Part shown: positions 14,995-30,904 of the stretch, one piece after another | Position numbering within the stretch: the first letter of the stretch is position 1 | Layout: each line of letters starts with the position of its first letter | Assembly (NCBI GenBank): GCA_964016885.1 | Contig: OZ024748.1 | Span: forward strand, 11,408,001-11,472,000 | DNA length: 64,000 nucleotides | DNA from: Eledone cirrhosa | Taxonomy: Eukaryota | Reading direction: 5' to 3' | Translations under genes and position numbers: made by a program | The notes under the pieces: generated by a model | What the model was told of the DNA's origin: nothing | Databases searched by the model: none | The model's input: the letters and a program-made list of their open reading frames with translations, nothing else

Positions 14995-15030
14995 TCTTCT
15001 GATGAAGGACTAGCGTCTGAAACGTTAAGA
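14995..15030 (+). ncRNA. minimal type I hammerhead ribozyme (family G)
   Basis: tctt-CTGATGA-aGGACtagcGTCT-GAAAC-GTT-aaga; loopless palindromic stem III. Confidence 0.7.
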
Positions 15031-15131
15031 CCCTCTTCCTGCTATTTCAAGCGTTAACCTAATATATTCCTTCCATATACTGTACCGATTGTGTTGTTAT
15101 TTCTGTTTACCTTTTACATACATATATATAT

Positions 15132-15174
<43 letters not shown>

Positions 15175-15551
15175 TGTAGGTATAGTATATACGTACGATT
15201 CTATTCATATAAAGAATTAATTATTCTAAATGAAAGATCTCCAGGCATGTTTTTTTTCCTATTTATTGGTATTCATGTTATATAAAAAACTAATTTCCTC
15301 ACTTCAGTTTTCCATTAAATTAACATATATCTAAATGTCAAACCTTTAATTACATTTGCTCGATCTGTAGGTGTTAATTACTTAATATCTTCTATTCCAT
15401 TTGGGATTTTGTTTTCTGTATTGTTTTTGTTTTTGTTCTGTGTCAGTCTTTTCAAAGCTTTTAATAAAAAGTTTCTTAATGGATGATTTAACAAACTTCA
15501 GACGTTAGAGAGGTATCTTTTGTCGTCGAAGAAAATAGTAAATATTTATTT

Positions 15552-15608
<57 letters not shown>

Positions 15609-15720
15609 AGGTTTGTATGTATATACAGGGTGGCGCAAAAGTCAAGCACTACCCTATCATTATTGCATGAACATTTATTTAAAAAAAGAAACACCAAATA
15701 TTAAGGCATTATATAGCAAT

Positions 15721-15912
15721 GGCCGTGGACTGGCAGTATCGGTAGAGGGTCGGACGCCATGCTTTGACGCATAGAGTTACGGCCCTTGCCATTCTGAGTT
15801 CAAATCCCGCCGAGGTTAACTTTGCCTTTCATCCTTACGGGGTCGATAAAATAAAGTACCAGTAATACACTGAGATAATTGCTGGCCTTGTGCCAAAAGT
15901 AGAAACAATTAT
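15721..15912 (+). mobile_element. tRNA-derived SINE (family 1, short form)
   Basis: A/B boxes and core as at 5626. Confidence 0.85.
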
Positions 15913-16024
15913 ATGTATATATATATTTATGTGTATATAGACCCTTTCATTACTATATCAAGCGTAGAGCTAATATGTCTTCATTGTACTGTGCCGTTTG
16001 CGTTGTTATTTCTGTTTGCTTTTT

Positions 16025-16090
<66 letters not shown>

Positions 16091-16474
16091 GTATATGTAT
16101 GATTTATATTTTCCGTATTTTTATTTTCTTAAACAGCAATATATTTATACCTGCTAATCAATGGGTAGCTTCATTCGAAGTAACAACTATTGGGGTGAGT
16201 TGGCCTATTACTTACTTCAAGTCTTTTCCCTCAATACTCCAAAGTATCAGTTAGTTATATAACCTCTTAAATGGAGATAAGATTAGCTACGTTCTTACTT
16301 CTAACTATCAATACCTTACAACTCCATTGGTATACATTCCAATTGTTTTCAGCTCTATATTTCTAAATATAGCTAGCTTTGAACTTAAACCTTTTCTTCA
16401 ATATACACTATCTAGCATAGAGGGAATTAATGAAACATGAAATATCTTAATATTTGAAAGGTATTGCATGCAAA

Positions 16475-17618
16475 TGTTGTGAGAGCGTCATGGGGGATAG
16501 TTGTGAGAGAGTCAGGAGTAAGGTTGTGAGAGCGTTGGGAGTAAGGTTGTGAGAGCGTCAGGAAGAATGTTGTGAGAGCGTCATGAGGGAAGGTTGTGAG
16601 AGAGTCAGGAGTAAGGTTGTAAGAGCGCCATGGGAGTAAGGTTGTGAGAGCGTCAGGAAGAATGTTGTGAGAGCGTCATGGGGGATAGTTGTGAGAGAGC
16701 CAGGAGTAAGGTTGTGAGAGCGTTGGGAGTAAGGTTGTGAGAGCGTCATGAGGGAAGGTTGTGAGAGAGTCAGGAGTAAGGTTGTGAGAGGGTTGGGGGT
16801 AAGGTTGTGAGAACGTCATGGGGGAATGTTGTGAGAGCGTCATGGGGGATAGTTGTGAGAGAGTCAAGAGTAAGGTTGTGAGAGGGTTGGGGGTAAGGTT
16901 GTGAGAACGTCATGGGGGAATGTTGTGAGAGAGTCAAGAGTAAGGTTGTGAGAGAGCCAGGAGTAAGGTTGTGAGAGCGTCAGGAAGAATGTTGTGAGAG
17001 CGTCATGAGGAAAGGTTGTGAGAGAGTCAGGAGTAAGGTTGTGAGAGCGTTGGGAGTAAGGTTGTGAGAGCGTCAGGAAGAATGTTGTAAGAGCGTCATG
17101 AGGAAAGGTTGTGAGAGAGTCAGGAGTAAGGTTGTGAGAGCGTTGGGAGTAAGGTTGTGAGAGCGTCAGGAAGAATGTTGTAAGAGCGTCATGAGGAAAG
17201 GTTGTGAGAGAGTCAGGAGTAAGGTTGTGAGAGAGTCAGGAATAAGGTTGTGAGAGCGTCATGGGGGAAGGTTGTGAGAGAGTCAGGAGTAAGGTTGTGA
17301 GAGCGTTGGGAGTAAGGTTATGAGGGCGTCAGGAAGAATGTTGTGAGAGCGTCATGAGGGAAGGTTGTGAGAGAGTCAGGAGTAAGGTTGTAAGAGCGCC
17401 ATGGGAGTAAGGTTGTGAGAGCGTCAGGAAGAATGTTGTGAGAGCGTCATGAGGGAAGGTTGTGAGAGAGTCAGGAATAAGGTTGTGAGAGCGTCATGGG
17501 GGAAGGTTGTGAGAGAGTCAGGAGTAAGGTTGTGAGAGCGTTGGGAGTAAGGTTATGAGGGCGTCAGGAAGAATGTTGTGAGAGCGTCATGGGGGAAGGT
17601 TGTGAGAGAGTCAGGAAA
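16475..17618. repeat. 22-23-bp minisatellite with higher-order organisation
   Basis: Near-constant GTTGTGAGAG followed by a few recurring variants (cgtcatgagggaag, agtcaggagtaag, cgttgggagtaag, cgtcaggaagaat). Confidence 0.9.
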
Positions 17619-17653
17619 AGTATTGTTTGCAGATGTCGTGAGAACGTATAAAC

Positions 17654-17934
17654 CAGGCATGGGCAATCTTTTTCACAAAGCGGGCCGCATGAGATTTGGC
17701 TCATCATCAGGCGGACCGCAAGCAATAATTTACATTCGTGTCCACATTACAAAAAAAAAAAGGCCGATAACTCAGGTTGTTTTGAATTGTTTCTTTAGAA
17801 TTCATCCTCGTTGTTTTCCTCGGTCGTAAAAATGCTAGAAAGATAAATTACGACTGAAAAACTGGGGTAAAAAAATCAGAAAGATTTCACTTGGGTGACT
17901 TAGGCGAGCTATTCAGAAAGGTTGGCCATGACTG
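17654..17934. mobile_element. hAT-type MITE with perfect 8-bp TSD
   Basis: TIRs CAGGCATGGGCAATCTTT and AAAGGTTGGCCATGACTG; TSD GTATAAAC at 17646-17653 and 17935-17942. Confidence 0.85.
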
Positions 17935-18059
17935 GTATAAACAAGCGTTCATTTGCGAAAAGGTAAGGGACATTTCGCTGTTGTAAATAAATACTCGTCC
18001 CTGATTTCGTTAATCTTTCCACAACATCAAAACTCATTGAATATCTTATCAAAACTATT

Positions 18060-20340
18060 CTCTGTGGTTATATGTGTGTGATTATATATATGTGTGTGTG
18101 TATGTCTGTGTGGTTATATGTGTGTGGTTATGACTGTGTGTGGTTATATATATATGCGAAAAGGTAAGGGACATTTCGCTGTTGTAAACTGGTCCCTGAT
18201 TTCGTTAATTTTTCTCAACATCAAAACTCATTGAATATCTTATCAAAACTATTCTCTGTGGTTATATGTGTGTGATTATATATATATGTGTGTGTGCGTA
18301 TGTCTGTGTGGTTATATGTGTGTGGTTATGACTGTGTGTGGTTTTATATATATGTGTGTGTATGTCTCTGTGTAGTTATGTGTGTGGTTATGTCTGGTTG
18401 GTTATATATATATGTGTGTATGTCTGTGTGGTTATATGTGTGTGGTTATGACTGTGTGTGGTTTTATATATATATGTGTGTGTATGTCTCTGTGTGGTTA
18501 TGTGTGTGGCTATGTCTGGTTGGTTATATAGATATATATGTGTGTATGTCTGTGTGGTTATATGTGTGTGTATGTCTGTGTGGTTATATATATGTGTGTG
18601 TCTGTGTGGCTATATGTGTGTGGTTAAATCTGTATGGTTATAAGTGTGTAGTTATGTCTGTGTGGTTATATATGTGTGTGGTTATGTCTGTGTTTTTTTA
18701 TGCGTATAGATATATATATGTGTCTGTGCATGTGTTTTTCTGTGTGGTTATGTGTGTGCTTATGACTATTTTTCTGCGTGTGGTTACGTGTGTGTTTATA
18801 TCTCTGTTTTTCTGTGTGGTTATGTGTGTGTTTCTATGTGTGTGTTTACGTCTCATCTTGTCTGTGTGTTTATGTGTGTGTCTATATCTGTGTTTTTATG
18901 TGTATGGTTAAATGTGTGCGTCTATGCCTGTGTTTTTCTTTGTGTGGTTAAATGAGTATTTATGTATGTGTCTTTGTGTGTGTGTGTAGTTATATGTATG
19001 CTTATGTATGTGTTTGTATGTGTGTGGTTAAATGTCTGTGTGGTTATATGTGTGTGTGGTTATATATACGTGTGTATGTCTCTGTGTGGTTATATATACG
19101 TGTGTATGTCTCTGTGTGCTCATGTATGTGTTTACGTATGTGTCTTTAAGTGTATGGTTATATATATATATATATATATGTGTATATGTCTGTGTGTGGT
19201 TATATGTGTGTGTATGTCTGTGTGTAGTTATATGTGTGTGTATGTCTGTGTGTAGTTATATATGTGTGTATGTATGTGTGTAGTTATATATGTGAGTATC
19301 TCTGTGTGTAGTTATCTATATGTGTGGTTATATGTGTGTATGTCTGTGTGTGGTTATATGTGTGTATGTCTGTGTGTGGTTATATGTGTGTAGTTATATA
19401 TATGTGTGATTATACGTGTGTATGTCTGTGTGTAGTTATATATGTGTGGTTATATATGTGTGTCTGTCTGTGTGTAGTTATATATGTGTAGTTATATGTG
19501 TGTCTGTCTGTGTGTAGTTATATATGTGTGTCTGTGTGTAGTTATATACGTGTGTATGTCTGTGTGTAGTTATATATGTGTGTATGTCTGTGTGTAGTTA
19601 TATATATGTGTGGTTATATGTGTGTATGTCTGTGTGTAGTTATATATGTGTGGTTATATGTGTGTATGTCTGTGTGTAGTTATATATGTGTGTATGTCTG
19701 TGTGTAGTTATATATATGTGTGGTTATACGTATGTATGTCTGTGTGTAGTTATATATGTGTGGTTATATGTGTGTCTGTCTGTGTGTAGTTATATATGTG
19801 TGTCTGTGTGTAGTTATATACGTGTGTATGTCTGTGTGTAGTTATATATGTGTGTATGTCTGTGTGTAGTTATATATATGTGTGGTTATATGTGTGTATG
19901 TCTGTGTGTAGTTATATATGTGTGGTTATATGTGTGTATGTCTGTGTGTAGTTATATATGTGTGTATGTCTGTGTGTAGTTATATATATGTGTGGTTATA
20001 CGTATGTATGTCTGTGTGTAGTTATATATGTGTGGTTATATGTGTGTCTGTCTGTGTGTAGTTATATATGTGTGTCTGTGTGTAGTTATATACGTGTGTA
20101 TGTCTGTGTGTAGTTATATATGTGTGTATGTCTGTGTGTAGTTATATATGTGTGTATGTATGTGTGTAGTTATATATATGTGTGGTTATACGTGTGTATG
20201 TCTGTGTGTAGTTATATATATGTGTAGTTATATGTGTGTATGTCTGTGTGTAGTTATATATGTGTGTGTGTCTGTGTGTAGTTATATACGTGTGTCTGTG
20301 TGTGTGTAGTTATATATGTGTGTGTGTGTGTGTGTGTGGT
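18060..20340. repeat. degenerate GT-rich minisatellite (about 26-28-bp unit GTGTGTAGTTATATATGTGTGTATGTCT)
   Basis: Tandem units over 2.3 kb; overlaps a 201-bp tandem duplication starting at 17955 and 18156. Confidence 0.85.
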
Positions 20341-20495
20341 AATGTGTTTATGTTTATGTCATTAGGACTCCTGTCTAGTGTTATCTATCGAACAGACTCT
20401 AGTTGTATCTCATCTCACCTATCAGGAGAATAAGGCGACTTTCGTTTGACATGTCTGAGGAGAAACATTTATCATCGAAGTTACAAGAAACTCTA

Positions 20496-20585
<90 letters not shown>

Positions 20586-20592
20586 GTATATC

Positions 20593-20641
<49 letters not shown>

Positions 20642-20662
20642 GTATATATATATATATGTATA

Positions 20663-20711
<49 letters not shown>

Positions 20712-20726
20712 GTATATATATATATG

Positions 20727-20999
<273 letters not shown>

Positions 21000-21056
21000 G
21001 AATATGCGTATAACATTTATATTGTTGAATTACCAACAAATTGAATATCCCTTCTG

Positions 21057-21138
<82 letters not shown>

Positions 21139-21142
<4 letters not shown>

Positions 21143-21253
21143 AAAAGAGTCAGGACCCCGACGGCAGAGCTCAAGCCGTTTCGACGGGTATTTCTGGACT
21201 TTAAATAACCGTCGAAACGGCTTGAGCTCTGCCGTCGGGGTCCTGACTCTTTT

Positions 21254-21257
<4 letters not shown>
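21139..21257. mobile_element. family A fold-back element with two short arms
   Basis: GGAAAAGAGTCAGGACCCCGACGG...CCGTCGGGGTCCTGACTCTTTTCC inside (TA)n. Confidence 0.75.
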
Positions 21258-21311
<54 letters not shown>

Positions 21312-21469
21312 GGTTGGTGCTCTGAAATAGCGATGTATACATGAATGTATGTATAGTATATTTGGCAATTACCGTATGTTTAATTAAAAACATTTAGAAG
21401 ACCATACGCTATTAGTTTTATAGTAGTGACTATGTCACTTACTTATTTTCGGTGAAAGAAGGGAGAGAA

Positions 21470-21510
21470 GCTGACAGTCTGTTTCACGCTGGTTGGCGTT
21501 CATCAGTGCC
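21470..21510 (-). ncRNA. hammerhead-like motif
   Basis: Reverse strand CTGATGA-ACGCcaaccaGCGT-GAA-ACAGaCTGT-C; stem I weak. Confidence 0.55.
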
Positions 21511-21585
21511 ACGTACTCCCCTGCTTTCGCCTAATGTTTTTAATTTATATATATATGTATGTATGTGATTGTATGTGTGTGTGTG

Positions 21586-21669
<84 letters not shown>

Positions 21670-22139
21670 CAAGAACAGAGAGTTCACGCTGGGTCTCGTG
21701 TAGGAAGTAAATTTACAGAGGAATGAAAACTTTAATTCTTGTCTATAGATGGGAAACCTAAAGCTAGTTTTAAGAATGTGAATTTGGCAACAAAGATGAT
21801 ACTACTGAAACACCAAGTCAGGATCGATTATGAGTTTCGATGCCAAGAACCTTCAATGAAAACTACTGACATTAATAAGGTCAGTGTCAAGAAAGATCAA
21901 GATCTTTCTGTCATTCACTTGGTTATATATTGAACGAGATCAATGTAGTCTCTGAAAGGGAATTGCAGATATCACAAGATTTACATCAGGAAAGGAAAAA
22001 TTTATTTCGCCTGATCTTATAACTCCCAATTTTGTTTCGTTTTCGCTTTTTATTTACGATCAAAGCCAACTCCAATCGTTCTAACTGTTAGTCACATTTC
22101 CCCTCTTCGGTCGTCCATTTTTCTTACTTTCAATCATTG

Positions 22140-22218
<79 letters not shown>

Positions 22219-22326
22219 ATATATATATATGTATATATATACATACACATACACAGCTTTCCCATATATATATATGTATGTACACACACACACACACACA
22301 CACATACGCACATATATATAAATATG

Positions 22327-22410
<84 letters not shown>

Positions 22411-22411
22411 A

Positions 22412-22464
<53 letters not shown>

Positions 22465-22465
22465 T

Positions 22466-22500
<35 letters not shown>

Positions 22501-22648
22501 CGTATATCACCGTGAAACTTTTACTTCAATCACAATTACTTTAAACCATAAGAAACGTTCTGTTTCAGATCAAGAGTAGTCTACAAAAGATTCATACTAC
22601 TTGTTGAATTTGGAGACCACATAAGAGCTCTTTCCTTCTTTATTTCCT

Positions 22649-22713
<65 letters not shown>

Positions 22714-22806
22714 TCCTTCTTCTCCTTCTCCTTCTCTCTTTATAATATGTTCACACACATACAAAAATATATTTATGGATATATATATTATATATACATA
22801 CATATG

Positions 22807-22872
<66 letters not shown>

Positions 22873-22899
22873 ACATACATACAAATGTATGTATATATG

Positions 22900-22932
<33 letters not shown>

Positions 22933-22977
22933 ATATATATATACATGTGTGTGTGTGTGAAACTAATTCATCGCCGT

Positions 22978-23015
<38 letters not shown>

Positions 23016-23117
23016 CATATATGAATGTGTGTGTGTGTGTGTCTGTGTGTGTGTGTGTGTGGCTGAATTACCATTTGATCTACCGTTTGCTTTTCTTCTG
23101 TTTTTTTTTTTTTCTAG

Positions 23118-23235
23118 ACGACTATTTCTGGCCTCTACTTCGACATCCACCACTACATCAAGACTGGACGTAAATGGCTAGACAAACAAACGACCGTTGA
23201 AAAAGTTATATTGCATCCATTCTTCAACATGTCAG
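23118..23235 (+). CDS. S1A serine protease exon 3 ([39 protein letters not shown])
   Basis: Strong poly-T acceptor tttttctag|, [10 protein letters not shown] motif, phase-1 donor CAG|GTAAAC. Missed by the ORF track in this frame. Confidence 0.88.
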
Positions 23236-23420
23236 GTAAACTGTTTTCCGTCTCAGGTCAACACATTGAATTCTTCTTCGGTGTGTTATATATATTTGAG
23301 CTTTCGTATCATCAATCTAGGAACGTACAAAACATTTTAAATCATATAACACTACTTGTTGCCTGACATACACACACACACACACACACAAATACATACC
23401 CCCCCCCCTCCATATATATA

Positions 23421-23506
<86 letters not shown>

Positions 23507-23731
23507 TGGAGGGAGATAGATAGATAGATACTTGCTGGATGAGAGCTCTTCACATGAAGTTCCAGCCTCCTATAGATAGATAGAAAAAACGAGGAAGTTT
23601 CTTTTACATATGAAAAATATTTATTGCATGTCGACTTGTTATGCGCGTTTCGCAGAAGATTGGCTCAAGGTGACCCATAGGAGTTATGGACCTGACTCCA
23701 GTATCGATCTGTTATTCAGACTGGTGATGCG

Positions 23732-23769
<38 letters not shown>

Positions 23770-23815
23770 CAAATATAAATGTGTTATATATATATATAAT
23801 CAAATATAAATGTGT

Positions 23816-23847
<32 letters not shown>

Positions 23848-24543
23848 CCTTCAAATATAAAAGGGTTATATATATATATATAGGGAGAGAGAGAGAGAGA
23901 GAGAGGGGGGGATGAGGGAGAGAGAGAGAGAGAATTATAGTAGTATTCAGTTTCCGTTATTGTAATGAAATATTTGACAGTGATTAAGCAACAAGAAACT
24001 GAAGCCGCTTGCAATAGTGTTTTATTCAACTGTCGAAATATTTCGTTTGGTAAATCCTGCGATAATTCCGCTATAAGCTTCCAAATATAACAATTTACGG
24101 AACATATATAGATATTTACAAAGATTATTTAAAAGACATCATTACTGAAGAGTAAGATCATCATTTATTGCATAGCACTGACACGTGTTTCTTTGTATGT
24201 GTTATATGTTAGTGATCCTAGACTGATTATAAAACCATCCAAAGTTGCGTTGGTTGGATTAAGCATTGCAAAACAATGACTGCCTCCATTTTAAAACGTT
24301 GATATATTTTGGATATCTTCGCTATATATCTTCTTAAAAGACAGCCTGCATTAGATATTATCGTGTGATATCCAGAAATATCATTAATTTATGTAAAATC
24401 ATTGTAACTCACCAAATGAGACAGGTTTGCTACATATATACATATATACGTATATATATATATATGCTGATTGCAACTTCTTGTCAGAAGAGTGCCATCC
24501 CTTCATTGAACATAGCACGATCATGTGCACGTATGTATGTATG

Positions 24544-24581
<38 letters not shown>

Positions 24582-24586
24582 TACAT

Positions 24587-24666
<80 letters not shown>

Positions 24667-25022
24667 GACGTAAATAAGAAAGTTATGAAAATTGACTTAC
24701 TAACTTACTTACTTATTTTCATAACTTTCTTATTTACGTCTTTCATATAATTGTTCTGCATCCCCTTGCATAGAACCACAAAGTTACTAAGACAAAACAT
24801 ATATATTTGCTAACATAGGTATGCATCTGTATACATATGTTGGTAAATATACTAATTCTTTATATATATATACATGTATATATATATGTATATATATTCA
24901 ATTTAAGTTTCAAAGCACCGATTGTTTTTCATACCTCTCTAATCACCCCCATTTTACACCTTACCCATTCTCTGTCTTTTTCTCCACCCCACACATACAT
25001 ACACTCACATATGCACACATAC

Positions 25023-25101
<79 letters not shown>

Positions 25102-25166
25102 AATTCTTACATATGTGCGTGTGTGTGTATGTATATATAATCAAATAAATCTCATGTATCGTGTAC

Positions 25167-25216
<50 letters not shown>

Positions 25217-25274
25217 TGAAATAAGAGGCATAAAAATAACAAGAAGAAGAGAGAGAAAGAGAGAGAGAGAGAGT

Positions 25275-25339
<65 letters not shown>

Positions 25340-25821
25340 AGAGAGAGTTGATTGATTCAACGGGTAACATTCTACTATAAGAACTAGCATTAAATATTAT
25401 ATAATAAAGATATATGTAATATAATCAAATAAAATCGATAACTGTTATTGTCTATAAACTAGAGAAGTGGCTTCGTTAGTGTAACATTGAATGTGCTGAA
25501 GAAAGAGATGAAGACATATGGTAGTTAGTCAAAGACGATAACATATCTATCACAGTTATATTTGGCGGGAGGTGCCAATAAGATGACTTAACTGAAATAA
25601 GTTTTTATGTGAATAATTTTCTCGCATAGTCATTAGTATTACTGTTGGTGGTTTTTATGGTGTATAATATAATATATTTGTTGCTTGGCTGACTCAAACG
25701 TAGAATAGGATAGCTTTGAACTCCTGTATACAGACAGACAAGGAGACACACGCACACGCACACATGTGTGCTCTCTCTCTCTCACACACACACCCACACA
25801 CGTGCACACACATACACGCAT

Positions 25822-25961
<140 letters not shown>

Positions 25962-26181
25962 ACACACATACACGCATATTCTCACACATGATCACATACA
26001 CACAAACGCACACATACATAGGCACACATACATAGACACATATGCATACACGCACATGTGCTCACATAGATACACGCACGCACATGCACACACTCACACG
26101 GGACCTCACACACATACACGCACACACGTACACGCATATTCACACACGTGCTCACATACAAACATACACCGTTGTGAGGTG

Positions 26182-26267
<86 letters not shown>

Positions 26268-26927
26268 ATAGGCGTCAAATAGGCAGAATCTTTAGAACGT
26301 CAGATAGAATGTTTTATGGTATTCGTTCCGGCTCTTTGCCCAACTTTGCCTTTCATCCTTTCAAGGTCGATAAAAAAAGTACCAGTCAAATACTGGGGTC
26401 GATTTTTCCTCTATATTTCTCTGTCACTTATTTTCTCTCACTCTTTATCCTTCAATGGAAGAAATATGCTGTGATCATACCTGAAGTGAAGACGCGATTC
26501 GCCAGGTTTAAAAATGCTTCAAGAAACGCCGAATGTCGGTATTTCACCCCTAGAACTCCCACAGAAGTTATGGGTCCATACATAAATACAATATATAAAA
26601 AAAAATTATAAAAATAAATTCAGGTTAACATTAAAATAGTCGCAATATTCTAAAGACAAAAAAAATTGTCAATTTTCTTTGTTAATATTCAGATACAAGA
26701 AAGGATGGATGCAGTAGTTCATTAAAATGTGTTTTATTTAAACAACATTTGAACATATATTTATTTATCAGAGAGCCGAGCCTTTGATACAATATTTGAA
26801 TTAGGGATTAAATATAGCTATGAGGCTTTCCAAATCGATTGAAGAATTTTAAGAAATTTCAAAATTCGTGGAACATAAAAAATAATCGATAAAATGACAT
26901 TTTATTTTTATATATATATGCATACAT

Positions 26928-27014
<87 letters not shown>

Positions 27015-27034
27015 TATATATATATATATATATA

Positions 27035-27406
27035 TAGGAACAAGTAGGACCCCAACGGCTGAGCTCAAGCCGTTTCGACTAGTCCAGAATTATGTATATA
27101 TAGACTATATACATATTTATGTATATATAGACATGGCAATTTGCCATGATAGAATTATGTGTCTCAACAACAAACTTTTGACCAATCCTTGTGACAATCA
27201 CTTTTACCATATATGGAATTACCCCCTGAGAAGCTCGGCTATTCAAATACCAGGATAAAAATGTTCATTTAGTCCAGAATTAGCCGTCGAAACGGCTTGA
27301 ACTCAGCCGTCGGGGCCCTACTCGTTCCTATTACCCACTCTACTACCCTAAGTATTGAGTACTTTGGCGCGTTATGGTGCATCTGGTTCCTTACCACATT
27401 TCCTTC

Positions 27407-27410
<4 letters not shown>
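27035..27410. mobile_element. longest family A element, hammerhead at 27221-27315
   Basis: acccc-CTGAGAA-gctCGGCTA...TAGCCGtc-GAAACGGCT...AGCCGTC-gggg plus tail; short inverted arm at 27035-27078. Confidence 0.7.
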
Positions 27411-27466
<56 letters not shown>

Positions 27467-27470
<4 letters not shown>

Positions 27471-27707
27471 AAGGTTATATTTAATTTGTTGGGATACAAC
27501 AGCTTAAAAATATTTTTTATAACTGATATAAAGCACTCAATAGATATTGGAGTAAATATACAATATATTAACAAACTATCCAGGAAGCTCCAACCGTTAA
27601 GGTTGTCTTTTTTTCAGGGTATCTCAATATTTATTTATAAAACTAATCTGTATTGTATTTTATCTGATGAAAGCGCACCATAATTTGTCTTGGTGGCCCT
27701 TGAAATA
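27467..27707. mobile_element. family B element, hammerhead core at 27664 truncated after GAAA
   Basis: Close match to parts of 54007-54470. Confidence 0.7.
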
Positions 27708-27738
<31 letters not shown>

Positions 27739-28248
27739 TTATATATATATGCTGTATATATATATATATATCGTTTCTGAATTTGTTTAGCAAGATTCTT
27801 TATCTGAAAACGTGTGTTGAAACCGATATTGTTATGCTTTGGGAGGGTCATGTTGCCAATAAGAAACACACGCACCAGTTGCTTTCACTTCAATTTATTA
27901 TAAATTAAATTTATAAATTTAGGAATTTATAAATTTCCGGTTGGTTGGTTGATTCCACAACCAGACGATTGTTCATATATTGTCAAAGTTCTTTCGTCAC
28001 ACAATCTGTGACTTATTCAGTGACTGGGGATTATTTTCTTTGTTTTTGTGCCTCTCCTTTGTTCTGTCTTACACCATCTTGTTTTTGTGTTTGTTGTGTG
28101 CTTAGTTTGCGCATGTGTTACATCCGGGTGTCTGTGTGTGTTTATATTTGTTTCTTTATTTGTTTATTTACATGTTACTGGCTGGTTGTTTGTTCTATGT
28201 GTGTGTGTGTTTTCATTTTGTCCTTAATTGTAAGTTGTGATGTTGCTG

Positions 28249-28335
<87 letters not shown>

Positions 28336-28370
28336 CATATATATCTATATATCTATATATATATATACAC

Positions 28371-28405
<35 letters not shown>

Positions 28406-28431
28406 CATATATATATATGTATATATATATG

Positions 28432-28561
<130 letters not shown>

Positions 28562-29026
28562 GTATATATATATATACACACGTAGATAAACTAGTAATCA
28601 GACAAAGGACAAAGGTATGTGTTGTAAATACGAAGGAGTTACCGAGTCATACATTATTCACTAATAACACGATATCGTTTCTCTCCCAAATTTTCTCTTT
28701 TGCCTTATTTCTTCTTTCCTTTCTAAACCTCCATGTCCCCCCTCCCATCATCTCACCCCCACCTAGTTTCTTTTTAGTTCGATATCGAACAGGAATTGCC
28801 AAATTTCTTTGTTCTCTCCTTCAAATTATTCCTCGATCCCTCTACTACTTCTTTTCTCTTTCTCTCCCTTAATCCTTGGTTTATCATGCTTTTTTTCTAT
28901 TTTCATCCCTTCTCTTTCTCTCTCTCTCTCTCTCTTTCTCTCTCCCTGTCTCCCTATCTCTCTTTCCCACTCTCTTTCCCTCTTCCCCTTTCTCTGCCGC
29001 TCTCTCTCTCCCCCTCTCCTTGTCTT

Positions 29027-29064
<38 letters not shown>

Positions 29065-29399
29065 CCCCTCTCTCTCTGTCCCCTCTCTTTCTTCTAATTC
29101 TTAGTCTCATAGTTTTTATATAAATTCCCCTTCCCTTCATTTTGCTTTAAATTCTGTTTCTCTCTCTCTCTCGGTGTCTCTGTCTCTTTCTCCGTCTGTC
29201 TTTCTTTCTCCCCTCTCTCCCCCTCTCTCTCCGTCTTCCCCTCCTCTCTCCCCCTCTCTCTCTCTCTCTGTCCTTCTCTCTTTCTATCCCTTATTGTTTA
29301 TTCAAATTTCATTTCTTTTTATTTCATTTTAAATTCTCTTTTTCTTTGCCATTCCAAAACATTTATATAGCCACTCTATATTTATATTTCACTCTATAT

Positions 29400-30192
29400 C
29401 ATGAGTTCCTAACGTTTTTTGCGTCATCGCCCACTTCCACATGAAATATTTTCCACCACCAACCTGTATAATAAATATTCAGTGTACCTGAGCACTGTAC
29501 ACAATAATTTTCACTATTATTATCATTTATCAGGGGGATGGATTGGCAGTATCGGTAGAGGGTCGGACACCATGCTTTGTAGCATAGAGCTACGGACCTT
29601 TATGGTCTGAGTTCAAATCCCACCGTGGTTAACTTTACTTTTCATCCTTACAGGCTCGATAAAATAAAGTACCAGTCTCCCACTGGGGTCGATTTAATTG
29701 ACTTTCCCCTCCCCCCAAAATTGCTGGCCTTGTGCCTATATAGGAAACCATTATTATTTATGGTGGATTGGCAGTATCGGTAGAGGGTCGGACGCCATGC
29801 TTTGACGCATAGAGTTACGGTCCTTGCCATTCTAAGTTCAAATTCCGCCGAGGTTAACTTTGCCTTTCATCCTCACGGGGTCGATGAAATAAAGTACCAG
29901 TAATGCACTGGGTAATTGCCGGCCTTGTGCCAAAAGTAGAAACAATTATAATTCATACAAAAAATATTTGCTAAAAATTTATTACTGGTTCGTTATTCCC
30001 ATTTAGCCTCCTGTTTTTTTAAATCTTTTTATACATGGGTTCTTTGCATATCTCATTTGAATATTTTTTTTTCAGGTAACATATGTTGAAATACCTTCTT
30101 AATACTCAAAATCCTACATCGTCTACCCTTTTCTCTTCAGTTGTTAATCATCCGCCCAACGGTGGGTGATACCACCCAGGTTTAGAACCCTG
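29400..30192. mobile_element. hAT-type MITE interrupted by two tandem family 1 SINEs (29533-29757, 29762-29948)
   Basis: Ends CATGAGTTCCTAACGT and GGTTTAGAACCCTG, flanks ctctatat/ctctacag; homology to 1097-1352 resumes after the SINEs. Confidence 0.7.
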
Positions 30193-30849
30193 CTCTACAG
30201 TATACCTACCATATCGTACCAAATATTTCCCAAACCACACTCTACAGTTGTCTAATCTAGTCTTAGATAATGTAGTCTTTGCTATCCCAAAATACGGGGT
30301 GGTCACAGCTGGAAAGTCTTTGATTATAGTTCGGCACGATGAGAGAATGCCCTGGGGTTAAACACCAACTACAAAATCCGACTTCCCGTTCCTTGTTTCT
30401 CTGATGAATGTTTGTCATTTTTTTTAATTCTCTTCTCCATAATCTTTCTCCTCCGTCGCCCTCGTCTCGTCTTTCTAAACATATTTTACCATATCACTCT
30501 ATTGTTCTAATACAGGATCAAACAAGTCTCTCTTTTGTTGTCTCCCAAATCTCTGTATCTCTTCTAAAATAAACATAAACACACATACACACACACACAC
30601 ACACACACATACACTCACAGACACACACACACATACACTCACAGACACACATACACATACGCACACACACGCAACACAAAAACACACAACACAAACATAA
30701 ACACACACACACACACACAGACACACAAACACACACACACACACACAACACAAACACACACGCATACATACACACACACATACACAGAGTATCTAACTCT
30801 TTCTCTCTCCTTGTCCTTCTCCTTCTCTCTCTCTCTCCATTTTCTGTAC

Positions 30850-30904
<55 letters not shown>

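Noticed and set aside
16475-17618. CRISPR-like repeat/spacer appearance
   Set aside because: Variable parts are 12-13 nt and recur; no cas genes; eukaryotic context.
23628-23725. Further hammerhead candidates (23628-23725 -, 10786-10845 -, 27804-27835 +)
   Set aside because: A GAAAC/stem III half is visible but the core or stem I is too degenerate to call.
27125-27225. Possible C-terminus of a Penelope-like ORF upstream of the family A ribozyme
   Set aside because: Too short and no recognisable GIY-YIG or RT motif.
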